Shown: positions 9,664-20,610 of the stretch, one piece after another | How the letters are laid out: each line of letters starts with the position of its first letter | Numbering within the stretch: position 1 is the stretch's first letter | Assembly (NCBI GenBank): GCA_023205875.1 | Contig: CP060769.1 | Coordinates: forward strand, 186,001-250,000 | Origin: Chloropicon primus | Lineage: Eukaryota | Length of the DNA stretch: 64,000 bases | Reading direction: 5' to 3' | The notes under the pieces: generated by a model | Told to the model about the DNA's origin: nothing | The model's database searches: none | What the model saw: the letters and a program-made list of their open reading frames with translations, nothing else | Translations under genes and position numbers: made by a program

Positions 9664-9693
9664 TCGAGCGAGGGCTCTTTCGAAAGAGCAAGA
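9664..9693 (+). promoter_or_regulatory. Dispersed 30-bp intergenic element, copy B
   Basis: TCGAGCGAGGGCTCTTTCGAAAGAGCAAGA, containing the perfect palindrome GCTCTTTCGAAAGAGC; about 260 bp upstream of the PDI-C ATG. Confidence 0.6.
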
Positions 9694-9953
9694 AAAAAAG
9701 TTTAAGCACGTCCACTCCTCTCCTCTCCCCTCTCCCCTCCTCACGCGTTCCCGTCCTCTTCCTCTCTCTCTCTCTCTCTCTCTCGGCCGTTACCTCGCAC
9801 GCACGGCAGGATTAGGTTTTGCCCACCAAAGCCAAAGCCAAAAGAAAAGCAAAAGGCGTCGAGGCGTCAGAGGAAGCGATCGCTCGATCGGTCGACCGAG
9901 GCGCGCGCAAGGGTGGCGCGAGGGGTTGAGGCGAAGGGGGTCGTGACGCAACC

Positions 9954-10165
9954 ATGGCGAAGGGACGTCGTACCCTTCGTTCCGTCGATTACTTCCGTAA
10001 AGTTCCTCGAGACCTTACGGAAGGTTCGTTGAGTGGGGGAGGGATCAGTCTGATCGCGACGGCCGTTATGCTCCTCCTCGTGTTCGGAGAAGTGACGGAT
10101 TACATGAGTAAGAAGACGGTAAGTCGTGACCTCCTCCTCCTCCTCCTCCTCCTCTCTCTCTCTCC

Positions 10166-10228
<63 letters not shown>

Positions 10229-12123
10229 ATGCGGAGGAGCTTCGTTGTGTTTGATCTGACTTTGCGTGAGTCTTGATGGGATCTCATCCCTTTGACTGTG
10301 TCGTGTCGTGTCGTCGTCGGGTGGAGCAGGTGACGGACGTGTATGCGGATACGACGAACGATGGGAAGCTGAGGATCAACTTTGACGTGTACTTCCACGA
10401 GGTGAGTTGCGAGCACCTCAGTGTTGACGTGCTCGACGTCATTGGAAACCTCAAGAGCAACGTGACAGCGAGCGTGAAAAAGTTGGCGAAGAAGACGACA
10501 AACGAGTTTGTGCAGCGGGATGGGTCAGTGGGGGGGACGGGAAAGACGAGGACGAGTTGGCTGTCGAGGGGATTCTTCTCCGGTGCCACGCTCAAGGAGG
10601 AAAGTCAGGAGGAGAGGAGGGCTCTGCAAGCGGTGGAGCCGCACTACCACGGCGACCACGTCTTGAAGAGCGGGGAGGAGTCTGACTTCGTCAAGGAGTG
10701 GGAAAACCTTCACCCTGACCTGGTGGAGTGGTACAAGGGAATGGGCGTGTTCAAGAATCTGATAGACCACGACAAGGAGTTGATTAAGTCGGCGATGGCC
10801 CTGACTCTGTCTTGGGAGCAAGATAATTATGATGACGATCCTGATCAGAAGAAGACGGTGTACAAGGGGGGCAAGCAAGCGAGCTTTGACGTGACCTCCA
10901 TGGAGGAAATCAAGGACCTCGCGGACGAGTACAACATCTTGCTCGTTGACTTCCACGCGCCTTGGTGCTCTCACTGCCAGAAATTCTCGCCGACGTGGGA
11001 GAAGCTGGCGTATTACTTCAACACTGCCCTGCACGCCATGGAGGAGGTCTACACGGGCAAGACAGGCGATTGGACCAAAGCTCCGGCGGCAATCGATTTG
11101 CAGACTCCAGGCAAAAAGATGGAGAACCTCCCGAAAGGCAAAGTCTTGGTGGCGAACGTGAACTGCGTGCAGTACCCGAAGGTTTGCAAGGAGCACAAGA
11201 TCATGGGCTACCCTGCGATCAGGATCTACAAGAATCACGCAGCCCACCACCACTCTACCCACGAGACCCATATCAACATGCTCACCGAGTACACCGCTTA
11301 CTCGGGCGGACGGTCGATATCGGAGATGGTTAAATTTGGTTTGACTTCGATCTCAGAGTTCTACCCAAAGAGGAAGGACTTTGTTTCTTTGCTGATCTCC
11401 GAGGAGGGCGACATGCCTCACAAGGACGAGGATGCTCACCCCAGCGTGGTGAGCAACGTTCCTGTGTTGAAGCCGATGGAGGCCTCCACCAGGAGCATGT
11501 CGGAGAGGCACACCATGGAGGGCTGCAGGATCACGGGATACGCCGACAGCTCGAGGGTCCCTGGAGTGGTGCGATTCTCCGTGACCGACGAGAAGGGCGC
11601 CACGGACTTTGATCCAAACGTCCTGAACATGACGCACGAGGTGAAATCATTTTGGTTTGGAGCTCACAAGCTCGAACCGCACATGGATGAATACTTGCTG
11701 AAGTACAACCAAGGCTCGCCTTTTGAGAGAAGCTTGAAGTTGGTGGATGACTACAAGCAGTTGCATGTCGCGCAAAAGAGGAAACTAAGCTACCAGCACT
11801 ACATCAAAACCGTTGCCACTTCGATGCTGTGGCAAGGGAGCACGCAGTCCTTCACCGCGTACGAGATGAGTGTGAACACCAATCAGTTTACGGACCCCCC
11901 GGACCGAACAACTTTCCCTTCTGCGATGCCCAGCGTCGTGTTCCATTACGATCTGAGCCCCCTCCAAATTTTGATTCGGGAGGAGAAGGAGACCTTTTTC
12001 AGGTTCATGGTCAACCTGTGCGCTATCGTGGGAGGCGTCTTCACCGTTGCTAGCATGATTGATGGCGTTATACACAGACTTTCTGACGTTGGCCACAAGA
12101 TGCAAATCGGCAAGGCGGGTTAA
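9954..12123 (+). CDS. PDI-C type protein: ERGIC_N + thioredoxin (WCSHC) + COPII-coated ERV domain, about 652 aa
   Basis: Exons 9954-10118 and 10330-12123. Motifs LRSVDYFRKVPRDLTE, LRINFDV..CEHLSVDV, DFHAPWCSHC, EGCRITG, FHYDLSP, NLCAIVGGVFTV and C-terminal KMQIGK. Confidence 0.92.
10153..10226. repeat. (CT)n-(GT)n compound microsatellite in the PDI-C intron
   Basis: Directly visible. Similar compound tracts at about 26927-26966, 33880-33937 and 36980-37058. Confidence 0.9.
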
Positions 12124-12546
12124 ATACTGATTCTATGCTTGTATGATATAACAAAGAGAGAGCTTTGTCTCTTTCTCTCTCTAGCGTGAACTTTTGTGGC
12201 AGTGTACCAACCAAAGGACACAATGATGATCCGTCTCCTCTGTCCTCCGCCTCGCCCTCATCTGTCATGAAATTCAATGATGATGATCAAGATTGAATCT
12301 TGTTGGGTCGTCCACCTTGGTCAGGAGGGGCCAGAGGCCCAGAACACAATGCAGACGAACGGCATGATGCACTCCCGTGGCGGGAGGAAGGTCAATCAAG
12401 CGTAAGTCATCTCACCATGCCTCCCTCCCCCACCCACACCCCCCCTCTCTCTCTCTTGGTCTCTCTCTCTCTTGTCTTTGTCAAAGTGCTGGACAACGAG
12501 TTGGTTTGGTTTGTTCCCTACGAGTTGGTGGCACAGCGTGAAGGGG

Positions 12547-13242
12547 ATGGGAACGATTTCGTGGGTGGCGCTTCCTTCTGACATTGGTTTTCGCTCCTTT
12601 ATGCTTAGTGGCTATGCTGACGTGAGAACGCGTCATGGCGAGGAAAGGTTGAGGGGGAAGGATGGTGGCTTCGACTTTATTGATTTCATCGAAGGCCAGT
12701 TTGGAGCCATCTTGTACTCCATGGTCCTGTTTCTGTTGTTCTTTATGGTCATATTCTCGACCGTCATGCGTTTCATGCTGGTAAGTGTCGTGCCCTGTCC
12801 TCCTGCGAGCAACAGACCAAAGGGGACGTCTCACGGTTTGCTCGGTCACACCGGTTCAAAGATGAGAAGAAGGAGAGGAACCCAACTCTGACTTGCTGTT
12901 TTGATTTGTTTTGTTCGCCGCCTCTTTGGACGTTGCACGACTCAGGAGAAAGAGTCTCACTTGAGGTTCTTCCGAAAGATGCAATTCATCGCTGGTGTCC
13001 TGTCCACTCTCGCCCTGGTGTCACCGTTTCTTATTCCATACCTTCACTTGTGCTACAAGGAAGTGATGCTCGAGAACCACCACCACAACAGGGGAACAAG
13101 GCTCGTCATTGCCTTGAACTTGACGCTTCGGAGGGCCAAAAGGACAATCAAAACGCTTGCCCTTCGCCTGGAAAACAAGTACAGGACGATTCGAGGGTTG
13201 TCGCCCAAAGCTGTCCCCTCGCGGTACAAACTCGTTGTCTGA
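12547..13242 (+). CDS. Small membrane protein of unknown function (at least 2 exons; 5' end uncertain)
   Basis: Hydrophobic helix ending ...VMRFML at donor GTAAGT 12781 joins in frame at CAG|GAG 12946 to a second TM segment and a basic tail. A further donor at 12402 suggests an upstream exon. Confidence 0.5.
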
Positions 13243-13677
13243 TGAATTGTCTGCAACAAGTTCAAGGTGATCCAAGCAATGAAGAATCACCTTGACCTTT
13301 GAAGAAGAAGCGGAGGTGACACACGTGCCTCTGCTCAGTAACACTAGCACTAACACACCCATCCTTGTAATAACAAAACAAAACAAAACACCTTTCATCC
13401 CTCTCATCATCCCTCCCTCCCTCCTCCTCCTCCTCTCTCTCTGTGATGGTTCAGCATGGAATGGATGGTGCTGACAGAGACAGAGACAGAGAAAGGGAGG
13501 GAGAAGGGCAGATCACCTTGCCCCTCCTCTTCTTCCTCCTCCTCCCTCCCTCTCATCATCCCTCCCTCCTCCTCTCCCTCTTCATCCATCCCATCCTCTC
13601 CTCTCCTCCTCTGGGAAAAGTGAAGAGAGAGAGAGAGAGAGAGCAGTTGTCTGTCGACGAGGAGGGAACCGAAGAGC

Positions 13678-14493
13678 ATGAGCATGAGCACGACGGCCAT
13701 GGCGCCGAGGACGGGAGCTTCCGCTTCGACGGTCTCCCTCGCGCACACCAGCAGGAGGTCCCTCTGCCTGCGAAGCTCCGTCGCAAGAAGAGACCGCGTC
13801 TTCAAGTCCAGAGCTTCGTTGAATGGGAATGGGAATGAGAATGGGAGTGAGAATGAGACTGGTGGCGGTCAAGCGAGCGGGCTTTACTTTGTGGATAAGT
13901 TGATGGAGGATCCCGTGAATGCTCTTCTCGTTCTTGGTCCTCGTGCTCTTGCAGGTGCCATCGATTCTTTGCCCAAGTCAGTGGATGAGATCCAGCAGGA
14001 GACGGAACAGGTGAGAGACAGGTTGGCCATGTTGGCTCAAGACCCGAGGCCATGGGACGTGAAGAGCGAGCTTGTGGTGCGTGAGGCGGACAAGCAGTTG
14101 GAGGAGCTGGTTGAGAAGGGAACCAGAGCTTTGGGGGATCAGGAGTCCTCGGGCTTCTCCTCGGCGACGACGACGTCATCGGCAGGGACCTCGCCTGCGA
14201 TGACAGAGGAAGAGGAGCAGAGTTACCAGGAGCTCTCTAGGAAGGTGGCGGAGTTCACCAACTTGTATTTGCTGCTGCAGGAGCTTAAGAACGCGAGGAA
14301 GAAGTACGAAGCCGCCGAGGAGATGGACGCCAAGATGGCTTTGGGTATCTTGGAGGACACGAAGTCTAGTTTGTCCCACAGGCTGACGGAACTCAGCGAG
14401 GGCTTGGAGGAGGACTTCGACCTGCCTTTCAAGGAGCTCATCGAGGAGGCCAAGGAGGCTTGCTCTTTCCCCTCGGAGGCATCGTCAGAGTAG
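13678..14493 (+). CDS. Probable plastid-targeted coiled-coil protein of unknown function
   Basis: 271-aa ORF with an S/T/R/A-rich transit-peptide-like N-terminus followed by an acidic helical mature region. Confidence 0.75.
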   Translation: MSMSTTAMAPRTGASASTVSLAHTSRRSLCLRSSVARRDRVFKSRASLNGNGNENGSENETGGGQASGLYFVDKLMEDPVNALLVLGPRALAGAIDSLPKSVDEIQQETEQVRDRLAMLAQDPRPWDVKSELVVREADKQLEELVEKGTRALGDQESSGFSSATTTSSAGTSPAMTEEEEQSYQELSRKVAEFTNLYLLLQELKNARKKYEAAEEMDAKMALGILEDTKSSLSHRLTELSEGLEEDFDLPFKELIEEAKEACSFPSEASSE

Positions 14494-14573
14494 CTTTTCC
14501 AGAGACAGAGGCGCGGCGGCAAATCATACTGAGTAGTATTTGTGCAAATATAAACATTTTTTCCCCCTCTCGG

Positions 14574-16664
14574 TCACCTTCTCCCCCTCGAAGAATCGAA
14601 ACCGCTCCCAGGCCTCGTCCTGGCGGCCTCTTGTTTGGCCAGCTCCCCAGGCACTTTTTGGTTCGCCTCCTTCAGCAGTTGGACCAAATCGTAAAATATT
14701 TTCTCGTCCCCCATCGTGAGCAGAGACACGGCGTGGCCTTTCTTTCCAGCTCTTCCCGTCCTTCCTATCCTGTGGGTGTACGACTCGATGTTGTCCGGCA
14801 TGTCGTAATTGATCACTTTGGTGACATCGGCAACGTCAATACCTCTGCCAGCAACATCCGTGGCGACCAGGACGTTGCACCGTTTGGTCTTGAAATCCTT
14901 GATCGCCGTCTCTCTCTGTTCTTGGGCCTTGCCTCCGTGCAGGACACAGCAATAGTGCCCCAGCCTCTCCACCTGCCTGGCAACGGTGTTGCACTGGCTC
15001 TTCGTGTTTACGAACACAATGCACTGCTTGTTCTCGTCGTCGTAAATCTCCTCGAGCTCGTGCTGCAGCTTCCTTGGCTTCTCATTATCCTTGATGAGCC
15101 TTATCGTCTGAGCCACGTTCGCTCCCGCCTTTCCTGCCCTGCCAATCGTCACGACAACTGGCGCCCTCAAGTACTTTTTCGCCAGCCTCTCCACCGCGGG
15201 AGGCATCGTGGCGCTGAACATGTAGGTCGTCCGGTACACCTTGTCCTCCTCCAGCAGGACGTTTTCGTCCTCTGGCTTCAGGTTGGTGCTGGGCATCGAG
15301 TCCAGAATCCCTTGGACCTGGGGCTCGAAGCCCATGTCAATCATTCTGTCGGCTTCGTCCAGGACCACGTAGTTGCACTGGTTGAGCACAGCGTACGAGC
15401 TCTGCAAGCAGTCCAGCAGCCTACCCGGAGTTGCGATGACGATTTCGCACCCTTGCCTCAGCTTCGCCCCCTGCTCCATGATGCTCTGGCCTCCTACCAC
15501 GCAAACGACTTTGTACCCCATGTGCCTCGCGAACTTCACTGTCTCCTCCTCAATCTGCTGAGCCAGCTCTCGAGTGGGGGCCAGGACGATCGCGTAGGGG
15601 CCGTCTGCGACTCTGCTTTCCGTCATCGGTGGCTGCTTGCTGATGTAGGCCAGCATGGGGAGAACGAAGGCACAGGTCTTTCCGGATCCGGTCTCTGCCA
15701 CGCCGATGACGTCCCTCTGCTGCAAGCCAATGGGCATCGCTGCCATTTGGATGGGGCTCGGCTTCTTGTACCCCGAGTCCCTGACCGCCTGCATGATGTT
15801 GTCTTGGATCAACCTCCCGGCGTCGTCCCAGCTCCTGAACGGCTTTGGTATCCTAACCCCTTTGTACGAGATGTTATGATCCTCTCTGAAGATCCTCCAG
15901 TCCCTCTCCGTCATTTTCTCCAAGGCCTTCTCGCTCCAGTGCTTGTCACTGTCGATGTCGTACCTGCTCGACTTTCTTCCGCGGGAGATGCCTTGGATTT
16001 CCGCCCCGGCCCGGCGGCCCCGGCCAAAGAGAAGGGACGCCTCCACCGGCTTCTGGTACAGCGTGTTCAGATCGCTCGTAGTGTCCTCGGTGGCGTCCCA
16101 CCCGAAGTTGAGCTTGTACTTGTTCGCACCCCTCTTTGCCTTGAGTTCCTTCTCCGCACCCAAATACTGAAGTTTGATGCTCTTCAATTCGCGGGATTTC
16201 TCACTCTCCAAACTCTGCTCCTCGCGCTGGCCGCCGCGCGACTTGCCCCCTGGCGCGTCTCTGCCGCTGCCGCGCCTTCTGTCTTCGCGTCTGTAATGCC
16301 CCTGGTCCCTGCCGCCCCTGTACCGTTCTCGCCGGTAGCCACCGTTCCGGTCCTCCTCCCAATCACCCCTGTTGTACCTCTCCTCCCTGCCGCGCTTCCT
16401 CGAGCCATCTTCTTCCCTGGCCGAGGGCGCCGCCTTGTGCACGGACAACGACGGACCCGCGGCACTCGCAGCGAACTTGCTCTTCTCAACCTTGCTGCCT
16501 CCGGCACCGAGGCCCTTCTTCCTCTCCTCCTCCTCCTCCTCGAGCTTCCGTAGCTCCTCCCTCCTCTTCTTCGACATGAACACGGGCCTGGACTGCGTGT
16601 CATCGAGGTTCTTCTTCCGCTTCAGCAAGTCCTCCAGGGAGACGGGTCCCTTCTTGTCGCTCAT
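14574..16664 (-). CDS. PRP28: DEAD-box RNA helicase PRP28/DDX23 (U5 snRNP)
   Basis: [54 protein letters not shown] and [10 protein letters not shown]. Confidence 0.97.
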   Translation of the reverse strand: MSDKKGPVSLEDLLKRKKNLDDTQSRPVFMSKKRREELRKLEEEEEERKKGLGAGGSKVEKSKFAASAAGPSLSVHKAAPSAREEDGSRKRGREERYNRGDWEEDRNGGYRRERYRGGRDQGHYRREDRRRGSGRDAPGGKSRGGQREEQSLESEKSRELKSIKLQYLGAEKELKAKRGANKYKLNFGWDATEDTTSDLNTLYQKPVEASLLFGRGRRAGAEIQGISRGRKSSRYDIDSDKHWSEKALEKMTERDWRIFREDHNISYKGVRIPKPFRSWDDAGRLIQDNIMQAVRDSGYKKPSPIQMAAMPIGLQQRDVIGVAETGSGKTCAFVLPMLAYISKQPPMTESRVADGPYAIVLAPTRELAQQIEEETVKFARHMGYKVVCVVGGQSIMEQGAKLRQGCEIVIATPGRLLDCLQSSYAVLNQCNYVVLDEADRMIDMGFEPQVQGILDSMPSTNLKPEDENVLLEEDKVYRTTYMFSATMPPAVERLAKKYLRAPVVVTIGRAGKAGANVAQTIRLIKDNEKPRKLQHELEEIYDDENKQCIVFVNTKSQCNTVARQVERLGHYCCVLHGGKAQEQRETAIKDFKTKRCNVLVATDVAGRGIDVADVTKVINYDMPDNIESYTHRIGRTGRAGKKGHAVSLLTMGDEKIFYDLVQLLKEANQKVPGELAKQEAARTRPGSGFDSSRGRR

Positions 16665-17198
16665 CGCGAAGCTACTTCCTTGTCCCTCGACCTCTTGCCG
16701 ATCCGAGGCAGAACACGAACACCTTCACGCAAACCTTAACGGGTGTTGCCCACAGTCAATTGGCCACGCGACCGAAAAATGCAAAGATCGTGAGACAACG
16801 CTTCGTATCCCACCCTCTCCTCCCCCTCTCCTCGCCGTCCTCGCCGTCACCGTCTTCGACAAGGCGACACAATCGGGTACTTCCTCCTTCACTTTCTGGA
16901 ACAAAAGTCGATGCCTCGACCAATCCGAGCACCAAATGGGTCAAGTAAGGTATCGTTGGAAAGATCGCGCGACGCTCTTTCTCCTGGTGGTCTCCGTCTC
17001 TCCTTTAACCCCCTCCTTTGTCGTCAACTTCGTCGACAAACTTCGACAAAGTTTCAACTTCGTCGCCCCAATGGATGACAGTTGGCGGCGACCTAGGCGA
17101 TGAACTGGAACTCGCTGAACCAAACCAGAAGCCACTTGAGGTAGGTCGCTACGGCGAGAGCAATGGGGAGAGGAGGTTGGATCGATCGATTCTCCTTC

Positions 17199-17228
17199 TC
17201 GCGATCTTTCCGATGAGCCGTCACACGA
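17199..17228 (-). promoter_or_regulatory. Dispersed 30-bp intergenic element, copy F
   Basis: TCGCGATCTTTCCGATGAGCCGTCACACGA on + (22/30 to copy A), followed by the shared extension ..GCTCTGAGGAGGATG. Confidence 0.5.
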
Positions 17229-17619
17229 AAGAAACCGAGCTCTGAGGAGGATGGGAGAGAAAGACAAAACGTTTTGCTGCTGCAGGAGGAAACTTGGTCG
17301 AGAGCTTCCCCTGTCGCGAGAGTTTGGCGGCGAGGCCGAGGGAGGAGGCGAGCGTCGAGAGCTCCGATGGAAAGATGACGTCTTCCTCTTTCGTTGGACC
17401 CGTCGGTCGAAGGAAGTGGTGAGGATTTGAGAACGAACTGACAGAGGTCTGTGCTCCTTGCTCCATACGCATTGCAGAAGGACGACGACAGGTGCAGGAG
17501 CAGCGACGACGAGGCTGGCGAGGAGCCTGGGAGGTCTAAGACTCAGGAGGTGTGACGTTCGTGTCACCAAGACGAACTGCTTGTCGAGTTTGAGGGGATT
17601 CTCACTGGCTTGTCCAAAC

Positions 17620-19010
17620 ATGACTGCTACGACTGGCGGCAGCGTGGCTGCACAGCCTGCAGGCAACAACAACAAGGTGAGTGCGAGGTTTGGGAGAGGG
17701 CGCGGGTCAGTCTCGAGGGTTTGGGCTCTCCCTCACCGGTGGCTGGTCTCACCTTCCTCACCAACGAAAGCGGATGGGGACGAGCGCCTTTGGTTCCCGT
17801 TGCTGACGCTGCTTTCGGGTCCTGCTTGGTTTTCCCTTGAAAGGTGCGGGCCGTGCCCCTGAACGAAAGGTCCGGAGGTGGGAAGAACAACAAGAAGAGA
17901 AAGGTCAGCGCCACGGCGATACCTCACAAGTACCTGAAGCAGGAGATTCCCGTGATTCCCAAGGAGGAGTCCCTCGCGACGCCGGAGAGAATCGCGGCCT
18001 CTTGGGATTTCTTCAGAAAGATGGGCTCCCCCAAGTATCACGTGGCGCCCATGGTCGACCAGAGCGAGCTCCCCTTCCGCATGCTTTGCAGAAAATACGG
18101 CGCCACTTGCGCTTACACCCCGATGCTCCACGGGAGGCTGTTCGTGGAGGGGGAGAAGTACAGGGAAGAGCACTTTACGACTTGTCCCGAGGATAGGCCG
18201 CTCCTCGCCCAGTTCTGCGCGAACGACCCCCAAGTGCTTCTGCAGGCGGCGAAATACGTCGAGAAGGACTGCGATGGCGTGGACCTCAACTTTGGTTGCC
18301 CGCAGAGAATCGCGAAGAGGGGAAATTACGGAGCCTTCCTCATGGAAGACATGGATACGGCCAAGAGCTTGGTCACCATCTTGGCCAAGAATTTGTCCAT
18401 CCCAGTGACGTGCAAGATCAGAGTTTTCCCGCAGGACGAGCCGAACGGGAAGGAGAAGACCTTGCAGTACGCCAAGATGCTTCAGGACGCCGGGTGCATG
18501 CTCCTGGCGGTCCACGGGAGGACGCGCGACCAGAAGAACACCAAGGAGTTCCGCGCCAACTGGAACATCATCAAGGCGGTGAAGGAGCACCTGGACATTC
18601 CCGTGCTGGCGAATGGGGACATTAGGCACCTCAACGACGCGAACAAGTGCATCGAGTTCACCGGCTGCGAAGGGGTGCTGTCTGCGGACCCCTTGCTCAA
18701 GAATCCGACGCTGTTCAGCACGGAAAAGTCCGAGTTCGGGGAGCCAGACTGTCCCTGGCAGAACTGCCTCATCCTGCAGGAGTACTTGGACCTGTGCGAG
18801 ACGTACCCAACGCCTCAGAGGATGATAAGGGCCCACGTCCACAAGCTGCTGGGCAACTACTTCAGCGTGTTCCCTGACGTGCGCCAGCGCATGAACAACG
18901 AGGTCAGCACGATCCAGCTCTACAGGGACGTGGCGGAGGAGTTGATTGGGCTGATCAAGGAGCACGGGCTGGAGGCGAACAAGCCCGAGGAGGTCAAAGC
19001 CACCGCATGA
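17620..19010 (+). CDS. DUS1: tRNA-dihydrouridine synthase (DUS1-like), about 407 aa, 2 exons
   Basis: Exons 17620-17676 and 17844-19010 (intron GTGAGT..AAG). Motifs VAPMVDQSELPFRMLCR, DRPLLAQFCAND, DLNFGCPQRIAKRGNYGAFL, VHGRTR and ANGDI. Confidence 0.93.
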
Positions 19011-19151
19011 GGTGGCTCTTCTGTTGCTTGCTTTCATTGTTGTAATATAGATTGGAAAGAAGAGAGAGAAGACCAAGGGGGGGTCACCCGTCACCAGGAT
19101 CATCCGTCACGTCCCCTCCCTCCTCCTCTTTCCCGCCCGTCACCATTCATC

Positions 19152-19181
19152 CCAAGTGAGGGCTCTTCAGAAAGATCAAGA
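19152..19181 (+). promoter_or_regulatory. Dispersed 30-bp intergenic element, copy C
   Basis: CCAAGTGAGGGCTCTTCAGAAAGATCAAGA (25/30 to the reverse complement of copy A); about 215 bp upstream of the kinase ATG. Confidence 0.55.
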
Positions 19182-19396
19182 GACAACGTATCCATCCATC
19201 CATCCATGATTCCCCTCCCCCTCTCCCCTCCTTCCATCATCATCATCACCTTCCACCCCCATCACCATCACCATCACCATCAAGCTCAAACTCCCTGCCC
19301 GTTAACGGCCGAGCTGAGCAGCAATTATTTTTTTTTGAATTAGGGGGAACGACAGACAGACAGAGACAGTGACCCTCTTGCTCTTGCCGAGTTGTT

Positions 19397-20539
19397 ATGG
19401 AGAGCGAGGACGAGGCCCTGGAGGTTTGCTCCCTCGTTCGTCGCGGGAGAGAACATGAGCTTCCCTTCATCCCAACTGGCGAGGTCTCCATTGGAGAATG
19501 CTTGGGCGAAGGCACGTACTGTCGAACTTTCCTTGGGCATTGGCCAGCCATGGGGAAGGTTGCGGTGAGGGTTGTGCAGTCCAAAGTTGTCCGAGAAGTT
19601 CTCAAAGAGTTGAAGACGATCGTCTCGATACCTGGGACGACTATCGAGACGTATGGAGTGACGTACGTTCGTCAGGACGATGAAGAAGGGTACCTCATTG
19701 CCCTCGTGGTCGAGTTATGCGAGATGGATGTGGACGCATACATTGCGGTGAACCATAGGAGTCTTGGCCTCACGGGAAGAATCGGGCTGATGCTGAGGGT
19801 GTTTGAAGGTATAGAGGAGTTGAAGGCTTCGGGCGTGGTTTGGAGAGACCTCAAGGGGGGGAACATGTTGATAAAGAGGACGGAGGGTGTGGAGGGTGTG
19901 GAGGTTAGGTTCTGTGACTTTGGCACGGCCGTTCGCCTGAAGGATCGCTCGAACCGGAGGATGACAATATCGGGCGCCGCGGGAGCGACACCGGGCTACA
20001 TCGCTCCAGAGACCAAGTCCCCGAGCTACTCGTTTGCGTCTGACATGTTTTCCTGCTTGGTGTGGTGTGCTTCGCTGTGTCTGGACTTTGACAAGACGGG
20101 CGCGGGGGAGTTGGAGCACAGGATCGCCAAGTTGAGACTAAATCAAGTGTACTCTTCCTCGCGCAAGGCTGAGGAGAAGAAAGTGAAGCGTAAGTTGAAA
20201 GAGTTCGTGGATGAGGATCTAATCAGGAACGACTGTCTCCCCCTCTTCACGTTTCTTGCGAGCGATCAAGTCGCGTGGACGGACCCTGAAAACAGGCCGA
20301 CGGCCAAGGAGTGCTCCGCCTTGCTCTCCAACCTTTCGTCAACGAAGGAGTCGCCGCTGCGGGAAGAAAGATCAGCAGAGAGGAAGTGCCTCTCGCCTTC
20401 ATCGGGCATCAGGTCTCTGAAGATCGGCGGCGAGCTCGGGGAGGACAAGGAGAACAGCAAGAGCAAAACTCCTCTGAAAGCCCCAAAGAGGTCAACTCGA
20501 CGAAGGAACCCCTTGTCCGCACTCGCTGTCAACAAGTAG
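19397..20539 (+). CDS. Protein kinase-fold protein with atypical catalytic motifs
   Basis: LGEGTY glycine loop, VAVR (normally VAVK), WRDLKGGN, DFG, TPGYIAPE, SDMFS and ENRPTA. Confidence 0.88.
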   Translation: MESEDEALEVCSLVRRGREHELPFIPTGEVSIGECLGEGTYCRTFLGHWPAMGKVAVRVVQSKVVREVLKELKTIVSIPGTTIETYGVTYVRQDDEEGYLIALVVELCEMDVDAYIAVNHRSLGLTGRIGLMLRVFEGIEELKASGVVWRDLKGGNMLIKRTEGVEGVEVRFCDFGTAVRLKDRSNRRMTISGAAGATPGYIAPETKSPSYSFASDMFSCLVWCASLCLDFDKTGAGELEHRIAKLRLNQVYSSSRKAEEKKVKRKLKEFVDEDLIRNDCLPLFTFLASDQVAWTDPENRPTAKECSALLSNLSSTKESPLREERSAERKCLSPSSGIRSLKIGGELGEDKENSKSKTPLKAPKRSTRRRNPLSALAVNK

Positions 20540-20610
20540 TAGTGGCTATTGATAAATGAGTAGCTCCTCTTAAACCAGAAATTCTTACAGTCAGTCCTCT
20601 CCCTCCCTCC

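Noticed and set aside
8086..9693. Copies A and B as terminal inverted repeats of a transposon carrying RPE
   Set aside because: No target-site duplication or transposase, and the same motif recurs singly in many other intergenic gaps.
14460..16553. 697-aa plus-strand ORF opposite PRP28, and similar ORFs opposite GT32, DCAF4, DUS1, the acyl-activating enzyme and TSB
   Set aside because: Shadow ORFs on the antisense strand of clearly conserved genes.
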